Below are positions 55,395 to 64,000 of a stretch of 64,000 nucleotides of DNA, in pieces. The stretch lies in the NCBI GenBank assembly GCA_001661245.1, contig KV454015.1, positions 475,465 to 539,464 on the forward strand. The letters run 5' to 3'. The DNA is from Pachysolen tannophilus NRRL Y-2460 (lineage: Eukaryota). Numbering within the stretch: the stretch's first letter is position 1; each line of letters begins with the position of its first letter. The notes below the pieces were generated by a model that was not told the DNA's origin, did no database searches, and saw nothing but the letters and a program-made list of their open reading frames with translations. The translations under genes and the position numbers were made by a program.

Positions 55395-56962
55395 ATGCAT
55401 ATTTACTCGATGTATCCATTTATATTACTATTACAATCTTTATTATTACAGTATGTTTTATCAATTACAACATTAAACTCTAGAGATCTTTCAGATATAA
55501 ATTTTTTTTCAGATTCTTTTAAAAATATTTATGATAAAGATTTTTATAAATGTTCATGGGGTATTGAGAAAAATAGTAATTTTAAAAATGGGTTCCCAAC
55601 AAAAGATTATTTTACATGTAAAAGTTTTATTTCAACAGCTTCATGTAAATGTGATTTTTTAAAAACACTTCGTGAAAATTGTACAATCAAGGAAAATGTG
55701 AGTAATTCCAATTCAATTGAGAATGTCATGATGCAAAAAAAAAAAGTAGGGAAATCCATTGTTAACAACTTGTTTTTTTTTTTTGGGGGCCTTAGGATTG
55801 GTACTTGAGTGATTTAATTGAAATGACTTGTAAAGAAGCAGAATTAGAAGAGAAAACAGAGACATCTAAAATTGATAAAGATAAGAAAAAATTTCATCAA
55901 TTTTTAAAACAAGAAATTGCATTGCAAAATAATGAAGTTAAATTTATTGAAATTAATAAGAGATCACAATCAAATTTACGAAAAATAAATTCACCAAGCG
56001 AAGAATTTGAATGGGATTCATATGAAGATTCCAAAAAATTTAAAGATGAAGATTGTATTAATATGACACATCAACCTGCAAAAAGAGATGAATTAAATTA
56101 TCAAGAATTGAAAACCAATTTTGATAAATCAAATAGATTTAGTAATGTCAAAGATTATAACCATCATTTAAATGTTAAAAAATTTAAAGAAGCTAAAATG
56201 GATAAGGATAAAAACGTTGAATTTATAACAATTTATGGTGCTACAAAGACAAGAGAATATACAACAACTAAATCTACAACCACAAGTGTTTCAACTACTT
56301 TTACAACTTCTTATACAAGATATATTAAGACCCAGACTAAAACAATAACTACAAGTTTTGCAGGGGGGAATTTTCAAATAAATAATCAATTTCAAACATC
56401 TATTCCAATGACTACAATTGCTAAAAAAACAGTATATGTTCCACTTTCTATTACACAAACTCAAACAGAAATAAGTACTACTACAATTACAGCAAATAAA
56501 GAAGGACAATTTCTTAAAAAAATAATTCCATTCAATTCCAAGATTCTGAAAATTACTGCCAAAAATGATAATATAAATGATAATAATACCAATGATAAAA
56601 AAATTGTGAAAACACATCATGGCAACGATCAAAACAATAATAATAATAATAATATAGTTAATTTTTATCATGACGATGTTTTACTTCCAAAACTCAACAA
56701 AGAAGGAAAAGGAGAAACCCCTATCTTAGTCATTAACAGTTCGGGATCAATCAAATTAAAGCCATCTCTCCCACTTTGGGGGACAGCAATGGTCATGCTA
56801 GGAGTACTTTTCATTGGATATTCATTAGTTCACGATTACCTGGTGGTGACTAATGTGGAAACTAACGTGAAAAAGGAAAACAAACACAACAACGACTCAC
56901 CCAATAATACCAATGCAGATGAAGAATACTTTGACTGCTGTGAAGACCAAACTGATGGATAA
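55395..56962 (+). CDS. Orphan type-I membrane/cell-surface protein, two exons (55395-55697, 55796-56962)
   Basis: Intron GTGAGT at 55698, TGTTAAC at 55760, TAG at 55795 joins two ORF-track ORFs in phase 0; signal peptide, six-Cys domain, Thr-rich stalk, C-terminal TM helix. Confidence 0.72.
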
Positions 56963-57122
56963 CCAAGACCAAAAACCAAAAAAGAAAAAAACAAACTCCA
57001 ATTAGGGGTAAAGTTTTTGGGGGTAATTTTGGCCTTTTTTTTTTTAGGGGTAACACACAGAAACACATTATAAAAAACCACAGTCGTTTCCCAAATATCA
57101 AAAAGACAAAAAAAGACAAAAA

Positions 57123-57160
57123 GTCACGTGGAAAAATTTTTTTCTTGTTGAAAAATTTTA
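57123..57160 (+). promoter_or_regulatory. Cbf1 site plus RRPE elements upstream of SSZ1
   Basis: GTCACGTG at 57123, GAAAAATTTT at 57131, TGAAAAATTTT at about 57149. Confidence 0.6.
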
Positions 57161-57360
57161 AAGAGGAATTGAATTATAAAGTAGTAGGAAGAAGAAGAAG
57201 AAGAAGAAGTAGAATATGATTATTTTCTTTGAATTGTAATTAAGATATTATTAATAAGAGAGAATTTTTCTTTTTTTTTTTTTTTTTTGGATAAAATAAG
57301 GTTGAACAAGTTGAAGGAATTCAAGAAGTAAGACCAAAAAGAAAGAGAAAGAGAAAGAAA

Positions 57361-58953
57361 ATGTCGGCGGTTATTGGTATTGCTTTTGGTAATACTTCAT
57401 CTTCTATTGCTGTTGCAAATGTGGATGGTAAAGTTGATGTCATTGCTAATCCAGATGGGGATAGAGCTATTTCTTCTACTTTGTCGTATGTTGGGGAAGA
57501 TGAGTATCATGGTAACCAGGCGTTGTCACAATTAGTTAGAAACCCTGATAGTACTATAATAAATTTTAGAGATTTTGTTGGGTTATCATACTCTGAAATT
57601 GATGCAGAGACTTCAAATCATTCTGCACTTCCAATAGATATTAATGGTCAGATTGGTTATCAGATTAATGATAAGAAAATCACTATTGATGAAGTTGTTA
57701 AGAGGAATTTGAAACAAGTGAAATTAGCTGCTGAAGATTATATTGGTAAACCAATTGAAGGTGTTGTATTAACTGTTCCAACAAATTTTACGGATGCACA
57801 AAATTCAAGTTTAAAAAAAATTTCTAATGATGCTGGATTAAAAGTCTTGCAGTTAATTAGTGAACCTTCAGCTGCATTATTGGCTCATTTATCTGCTGAT
57901 GAAGAAAGATTTCAAAAAGATAAGTTGTATGTCGTTGCAGATTTTGGTGGTATTAGATCTGATGCTGCAGTTATTGCTGTAAGAAGTGGTATATTAACAG
58001 TTTTAGCTACTGCTCATGATTTAGGATTAGGTGGAGAAAAATTAGATGATGCTTTAGCAGAATTTTTTGCAAAAGAATTTGAAAAAAAATATAAATCAAA
58101 TCCAAGAAATAATCGTAAAGCTATGGCTAAATTAAAAGCAGCTTGTATTATTACTAAAAAAACTTTATCTAATGTTCAATCTTCAACAATTTCAATTGAT
58201 TCCTTGTCAGATGGATACGATTTCCATTCAACTATTAATAGATTGCGTTATGAATTGGTTACTAGAGATGTCTTGTCAAAAATGGCTGCTTTTACTGAAA
58301 TAGTTGTTAAAAAAGCTGGTTTAGAAACTATTGACATTGATGAAGTCTTATTGGCTGGAGGTGTTTCTCATACTCCAAAATTGGCTTCAAATATTCAATT
58401 TTTATTCCCAGAATCAACTGTTGTTATTGCACCATCTTTGGATACTAAAGTTATAGATCCAAGTGAATTATTATGTCGTGGTGCTGCTTTACAAGCATCA
58501 ATGATTGAAACATTTGATGATAGTGAAATTGAAGAAGCATTTAAACCTCATATAGTCAATACTCAACATATTCAAAAACCAATTGGTGTACGTTCTGTTG
58601 ATGGTTCTTTTATTGAAATTTTACCAAAAGAAACTGCATACCCAATTAGGAAAACTGTGTTATTAAAAGGTAAAGGTGATGTTTTAATTGAAGTTTATGA
58701 AGGAGATAGAACCGTTAAGGAAACCACTATTGAACCTGAAAAGCAATCGGGCGATGAAGATGACGAAGAAGAATATTCTGATGAAGAACCTGAAACTATA
58801 AGAGAAGTCGTTTACGTTCCAGGTGAAAAATTGGCCGATTTAGCTCTTAAAGGAGCCAACGGTGAAGTTGAAGTTATACTTGATATCAATAAAGATGGTA
58901 AGCTAACTGTTAGCGGAAGATCTGGCGATGTCACCGTCAAGGGTTCAATCTAA
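57361..58953 (+). CDS. SSZ1: Ribosome-associated complex Hsp70 Ssz1
   Basis: VIGIAFGNTSSSIA, VIANPDGDRAI, VADFGGIRSDAAVI; truncated substrate domain typical of Ssz1. Confidence 0.95.
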   Translation: MSAVIGIAFGNTSSSIAVANVDGKVDVIANPDGDRAISSTLSYVGEDEYHGNQALSQLVRNPDSTIINFRDFVGLSYSEIDAETSNHSALPIDINGQIGYQINDKKITIDEVVKRNLKQVKLAAEDYIGKPIEGVVLTVPTNFTDAQNSSLKKISNDAGLKVLQLISEPSAALLAHLSADEERFQKDKLYVVADFGGIRSDAAVIAVRSGILTVLATAHDLGLGGEKLDDALAEFFAKEFEKKYKSNPRNNRKAMAKLKAACIITKKTLSNVQSSTISIDSLSDGYDFHSTINRLRYELVTRDVLSKMAAFTEIVVKKAGLETIDIDEVLLAGGVSHTPKLASNIQFLFPESTVVIAPSLDTKVIDPSELLCRGAALQASMIETFDDSEIEEAFKPHIVNTQHIQKPIGVRSVDGSFIEILPKETAYPIRKTVLLKGKGDVLIEVYEGDRTVKETTIEPEKQSGDEDDEEEYSDEEPETIREVVYVPGEKLADLALKGANGEVEVILDINKDGKLTVSGRSGDVTVKGSI

Positions 58954-59437
58954 TTGGAAAAATAATTAAATGAAGAAATAAATAAAAAAAAAAACAAAAA
59001 AAACTCGTATATAGAAGTATAGTTTGATTTTTTTTTTTTTTTATTTATTAATATTTCAAATGGTACCTTATTTACTGTTCTTTTTCCGTTTTATAATAAA
59101 GTATAGACTAGTATAACTCTTTTGGTTTCATAAATCTCATGATATTTCTCTACCATCAAACTGATCCTGTTTCTCTTCATCTTTCTAGAAACTATCTTCC
59201 ACCGGAAAAGGTCAGCGCCGCCCAAACTCCAAGGGAAGTCTCCGCCAAATATTTACAGGGGCTCCCCGGCCTTCCTTTTAGTACGCGTTTATTTTTTTTT
59301 TTTTTTCATTTCTTTTATTTACTTTTTTTGCAAACCTGAAGAACTAGCTAGATTTAAATATATTTCTATTATTATTTATAGAGTTTATGATATCTTGAAA
59401 CTTTCTGTAGGAAAGTTGAGAGGTAGAGGCATCGATA

Positions 59438-61699
59438 ATGTCAGATGCTTTGACTAAGGAAAATGGATTGGATGTTTTGGGAAAAGCTATTGATCTTGGG
59501 ATAAATCATTTTATGCAACAAAATTATCATAAAGCCTTAAAGATTTTTTCAAAAGCTATATCATTAGCTGAATCTTATGATGAAGATGAGATAATAAAAT
59601 TAAGGAAGACTTTGAAGTTGCCTCAGAAGTGGAGTTCTTGCAAGATAATACATCCCAAGTTGGGTTCTTTGTTAGATCATAGGGCTGCTACTTATGAAAG
59701 ATTAAATGATTTGACAAATTCTTTTAAAGATTGTGAAAAATTGATCGAGCTAGAACCTTTTGGTTGTAAAGGATACTTAAGAATGTCCAAAATATTTATG
59801 AGACAGGGGAAACAGACCAAAGCTTATGCTGTATTGGTTAAAGGAATTAAAAGGGTTAACTACGGAATTGAAAAATATAATATTCCAGTCTCTGGGAAAT
59901 TATTGGAAGCTTTACGGAGACAAAAAGAGGCTATAGGTGAAGATATTAAAAAAGATAGAATAGTTAAACAAATTGAAAATAAAGTAGAAGATAAATTGCT
60001 TGTTGTTCCTACTAAAAGAAAGCTTACAACGTTATCGGATATGATATCAGACCAATTGACCAAGAAACAGTCACCACTGGTCATTTACTTTTCAAAAGAT
60101 CCTTTAGAGAAATTACCATTAGAATTGATTAGAAAAATTTTCAAATATCTTCCATTTCAATCAATTTCTTCATGCGTATTAGTATCAAAAATTTGGTATG
60201 AAATTATAACGAGTTTTCCAGAGTTGTTTGAAGATATACAACTTAAAAGACAAATATCTGCAAGTGCTTTTAAAAAATTGTACAAAATTTTATCCAAGAG
60301 TAGCCAAAATCGTACTTTTAAAAGAATTAATAGATTAAAAATATATCCCAAGAGACAAGAGGAGAAATCTATCTTGAATACTTTGATGAATTTCACGAAA
60401 TTACAAATATTGAATTTAGAAATTTATTTAAGCGATATAAATTTAAGGGATTTATTTTTAATGATAAGAGAATCGAAATTAGCAAGATTCAATTTTTCCA
60501 ATTTGGAAACCTTGAGATTAGAAATACCATTATTATTAGAATTTGAAGAATTTTTCATCGATTTATTACCAAAATTGAGTGTTTTTGAAATAGTTATATC
60601 AGAAATTACCAAAATAAAAAATCAATCTGATGCAAAGAAAATTTCAGATAACTTGAAGACTTTAAAAGATGAAGAAGATCGGAAGCTACTATACAAAAAT
60701 TTAAAGTGCTTATCAATAGTAATGAATCCATCATTTAGTACGAATGTGAAAAAATTGCCTTTTGAAAGATATTTCTTAGATAAAAAATTGCCAAATTTAG
60801 AGACTTTAACAATAGCAGGATTCAATTTCAAAAATTTCAATCAAGAATTTGTAAAGAGTTTTATTCAAAATCTTTCAAATTTAAAGCATTTAGTTTTGGA
60901 ACATAATGATGGGTTGACTATACAGGATTTGATCTTGAATTTTTCTAAATGGAAAGAATATGACTACTGTCTTGAAAATGATATAAAACCAATTACAAAA
61001 ATTTCATCTAATTTGCAAACTTTATATGTTCGTGAACCTTCAATCACCTCTGTTCAACATTTGCGTCTCGTGTCACCTTCTCTGTTAATTCCATTCAAAA
61101 ATATAGTGTCATTAGACATTACTGGATCATCGCTCTCTTTTGAAGCATTGATAAAAATATTGGCAAACTTGAACCATAAAGGTTCTCGTTTCAAAAGTTT
61201 ATCCATTGGCATGTGTCAGTTTATTGTATGGCAGTCTTCTGCCTTTGATAGATATACCAGTGGAGGTCATGTTGATTTTGCCGCAGTATTGCGGTGCTGT
61301 CCTAAATTGGAGAGACTTTCATTAAATCAATCTTCAAACTTGAATGATTTTTCATTGGCGTCAATTGGAAGAGCCTACTTGGAACTGATGGCTTTGCAGG
61401 CCAATCATGAAGATGGAAAAAAGGAATTCATTTTAGATCGGTTAGATCTATCTTTTAATAGCATTTCAGGGCATGGGTTGATAGAGCTATTCCAGATAAA
61501 CCACAAGATGAATATATCACTTATAGAAAGTGGGAACAACCCTGTGTTTCGCGTCAACAAATTGATTATAGACGGTATTGATTTTAAGGTTGAAACTTTG
61601 AAGTTATTAGAAAAAAGAGGTTATGTCAGCGAGATACAATGTAATTTGACAAAGGCAAGGTGGAGGGAATATGGGGTAAACAGTATTTTACCATTCTAA
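59438..61699 (+). CDS. DIA2: TPR-F-box-LRR protein Dia2
   Basis: TPR (HPKL..LLDHRAATYE, KGYLR), F-box DPLEKLPLELIRKIF..W, LRRs, GVNS C-terminus. Confidence 0.88.
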   Translation: MSDALTKENGLDVLGKAIDLGINHFMQQNYHKALKIFSKAISLAESYDEDEIIKLRKTLKLPQKWSSCKIIHPKLGSLLDHRAATYERLNDLTNSFKDCEKLIELEPFGCKGYLRMSKIFMRQGKQTKAYAVLVKGIKRVNYGIEKYNIPVSGKLLEALRRQKEAIGEDIKKDRIVKQIENKVEDKLLVVPTKRKLTTLSDMISDQLTKKQSPLVIYFSKDPLEKLPLELIRKIFKYLPFQSISSCVLVSKIWYEIITSFPELFEDIQLKRQISASAFKKLYKILSKSSQNRTFKRINRLKIYPKRQEEKSILNTLMNFTKLQILNLEIYLSDINLRDLFLMIRESKLARFNFSNLETLRLEIPLLLEFEEFFIDLLPKLSVFEIVISEITKIKNQSDAKKISDNLKTLKDEEDRKLLYKNLKCLSIVMNPSFSTNVKKLPFERYFLDKKLPNLETLTIAGFNFKNFNQEFVKSFIQNLSNLKHLVLEHNDGLTIQDLILNFSKWKEYDYCLENDIKPITKISSNLQTLYVREPSITSVQHLRLVSPSLLIPFKNIVSLDITGSSLSFEALIKILANLNHKGSRFKSLSIGMCQFIVWQSSAFDRYTSGGHVDFAAVLRCCPKLERLSLNQSSNLNDFSLASIGRAYLELMALQANHEDGKKEFILDRLDLSFNSISGHGLIELFQINHKMNISLIESGNNPVFRVNKLIIDGIDFKVETLKLLEKRGYVSEIQCNLTKARWREYGVNSILPF

Positions 61700-61808
61700 T
61701 GGGAAATCTTGATTTATACTTTAGGTAGGAAGGTATAAGATATTAGGTTTATTTAGCAATACAAAATTAATTTTTATGTATACAAGAATACAAAGACAAT
61801 ACACAAAA

Positions 61809-64000
61809 CTAAGTGTTTAAAGTCTTCACTTTGCTTATAACATCAACTTCTTTACCATCATCAATATCATCATTTGCAAGAAAAACATCCAAATCCCCAT
61901 TTTCAAAATCGTATAGTCCTTCTTCGACTTCTTCCTCTGTAGCACAGTCGTTGAAATTATCATCAAAACTTCCTGAACATTCATGATAAAATTCACCATC
62001 TGTGTCCATATTCTCGGTTTGGTCATTATCGTACTGCACTGATGTACTAGTAGAATTTTCGTGATAATCATCAGCGGGACTTAGATCTGACTTATACAGA
62101 TTACTTTGGGGTTTATGGCGAACTTTTTCTGAAAGATCACCAGAATGTTGATCCTTTTCCTCAACTAGAGAATAAAAACTATGCTTCAGGTTATTATTCT
62201 TAGACTTTAATGGGCTGCCATTGACAGACAGTGGAGAGTTATTCGGGTGTGATATACCATTTACCAGTGATTTCAGCCTTTCGAAATTTGAAGTTGGTGA
62301 AGATTTATTGCCGCTTGAAACCATAGTAGTGGGCAATTCTCTTTCACCACTAGAGTGAGTTAATTTAGATGCAATTGGAATTCCACGATCAAAGAAATCC
62401 TTCGTTCGAATCTTTGCAGAATATGGTGTTGATGGTTGTGAGGCGCTAATTGAATTTGACAGAGTATTAGGCAACTGGTTACTATTCCTTCTAGCAACAA
62501 GTGCGCTTGGAGATGCTGTTGACAGAGAATAAGTAGAAGTAGATAGCGTCCTTCTCCTAGAATCCAAAGGCATTTTTTTGAACTGATGAGATGATGAACG
62601 AAATGACGGTACAGAATTTTTAGGTTTCACATGCCTTTGTAATTGTTGTCGATGCAGAATTTGGTCATATTGCAGATTATCAGACATAGAACCAATATTT
62701 AAAGTTTCTGATCGTGGTCTTATATAGTTTCTTGGACTAACAGCTGGTCTGTGCCAAAACGAAGAGCGTTTATAACTGGAGAACAGGGGGCTTTCGATAT
62801 CCATATCCATGCCATTGACAGCTGTACTTGCGGAAGAAGAATCTGGTGAAAGTATAGCCGTGATAGGTTCTTGAAATTGAACAGAACTTCTGGAAAAATC
62901 TTCAAAGCGGGAAATCCAACTTGCAGGAGAATTACGAGGACTATTTACCAATGCCAATGGAGAACTTCCAGCAGGGGTTCTCATATTGATCAAGCGAGAC
63001 CGTAGTAATATTATTGATTTGTCCAAGGCAAATTCTGTAGCACAATGATTCCGAATAATCGTGATCTTTGGCCACGTTGCTCTTGTTCCTCTTACAGTAG
63101 CATCCAAGAGAAATTCTGGAGTTGGATTTACCAATAACTTGTTCAACTCTGTGAATTTGAGATCCGAAAGAATAGTTACATTACCTGAATATTGCTGTGA
63201 TAGAACTGATCTCAATTTTGTAGACAAATTTTTCGCAATTCCTAGTTCAGACATTACTTCCAAGTAATGTATGACCTCTGATGAAAATAAATCGTATGCA
63301 TAACTCAAGTATGCTTTGATTTTCGCAGAATACTCATTTTCTGTTTCTCCACCTACACATGCAATTGACATTTTTAAAAATGGAACGACATGAGGGTTTA
63401 CCTGGCATGCGATTATATGATCAACATTAAACATCTCAGAAAGACGTTTTATCGGTAAATCATTATCGACAGATCCATCTACAAACTTGACTGAAGCATG
63501 ATTCCACTCTTGCATTGCACCTGTTTCCAAGTTTTTTTCATAGATGGTGGAAGAAGAGAAAATACCTGGAAGTGAGCATGAAGCACAAACTGCAGACCAA
63601 ATTAATACGTTAGGTGCCGTTAAATAGTTCAATAATGTAGGTTGTTCATGAATAGATACAGAGGAAACTGTAACGTTTAGGATCCTGCCTGTTCTGTTAT
63701 AGGATTCTCTAAATGTCAAATCACCTAAAAATCCTATCATAGTTTTTCTCAAGTATCTATTATCGAACAAAGTACCATATTTTAAAAAACGAGCCAAATA
63801 TACCAAGAAACCCTCTTCTTTATTTGTTTCATTAAATATATCAAATGTTCTATGTTCAATTGTGGATATTAACAGTATAGTTTCCTCGGGCGATTGTACA
63901 CATAATATACTGGCCATGATTGCGCCAGCTGAAGAACCTGAAATAATTCTTGGAAGTAAGTTAAGTTCTAACAAATTAGACAAGACGCCAATATGAAATA
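61809..64000 (-). CDS. TGL4: Patatin-family TAG lipase Tgl4/Tgl5, 5'-truncated by the window
   Basis: LPRIISGSSAG nucleophile motif, LLNYLTAPNV, DGSVDNDLP, QVNPH. Confidence 0.9.
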   Translation of the reverse strand, partial: FHIGVLSNLLELNLLPRIISGSSAGAIMASILCVQSPEETILLISTIEHRTFDIFNETNKEEGFLVYLARFLKYGTLFDNRYLRKTMIGFLGDLTFRESYNRTGRILNVTVSSVSIHEQPTLLNYLTAPNVLIWSAVCASCSLPGIFSSSTIYEKNLETGAMQEWNHASVKFVDGSVDNDLPIKRLSEMFNVDHIIACQVNPHVVPFLKMSIACVGGETENEYSAKIKAYLSYAYDLFSSEVIHYLEVMSELGIAKNLSTKLRSVLSQQYSGNVTILSDLKFTELNKLLVNPTPEFLLDATVRGTRATWPKITIIRNHCATEFALDKSIILLRSRLINMRTPAGSSPLALVNSPRNSPASWISRFEDFSRSSVQFQEPITAILSPDSSSASTAVNGMDMDIESPLFSSYKRSSFWHRPAVSPRNYIRPRSETLNIGSMSDNLQYDQILHRQQLQRHVKPKNSVPSFRSSSHQFKKMPLDSRRRTLSTSTYSLSTASPSALVARRNSNQLPNTLSNSISASQPSTPYSAKIRTKDFFDRGIPIASKLTHSSGERELPTTMVSSGNKSSPTSNFERLKSLVNGISHPNNSPLSVNGSPLKSKNNNLKHSFYSLVEEKDQHSGDLSEKVRHKPQSNLYKSDLSPADDYHENSTSTSVQYDNDQTENMDTDGEFYHECSGSFDDNFNDCATEEEVEEGLYDFENGDLDVFLANDDIDDGKEVDVISKVKTLNT

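Noticed and set aside
55735..55808. Programmed frameshift between the 55362 and 55805 ORFs at A/T runs
   Set aside because: A phase-correct GTGAGT..TGTTAAC..TAG intron explains the join more simply
1..64000. Transposon, LTR, CRISPR array or prokaryotic HGT island
   Set aside because: No RT, integrase or transposase motifs, no long direct repeats or spacer arrays; all recognised genes are fungal with similar composition

Overview
AT-rich, gene-dense budding-yeast (Saccharomycotina) chromosome segment from a draft assembly with three N-gaps. It holds about 28 protein genes (OSH3, SPP1, an RbAp48-like WD40 gene, RNY1, an OPT transporter, PEX20/21-like, SUR2, MHR1, GPHR-like, two FYVE genes, a CASTOR-like ACT gene, GIC-like, HSP31, SSF1, RRP3, STE24, PCD1, GUT2, a USP gene, UBP7/11, BAS1, a DUF1748 gene, CTK1, SSZ1, DIA2, TGL4/5 and orphans) and one intronless tRNA-Pro(UGG). 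In-frame CTG codons mostly sit where homologs have Ala or small/polar residues, which suggests a non-standard genetic code (CUG=Ala, as known for Pachysolen tannophilus); the supplied ORF track is then mistranslated at CTG. Five introns with relaxed splice signals repair or reveal genes the ORF track splits or misses. Intergenic DNA contains candidate unannotated ncRNAs (43.1-43.3 kb, 52.1-52.6 kb, 20.3 kb) and a 33-bp near-perfect palindrome. No transposon or CRISPR array was seen. All homology calls are from remembered motifs, not database searches.
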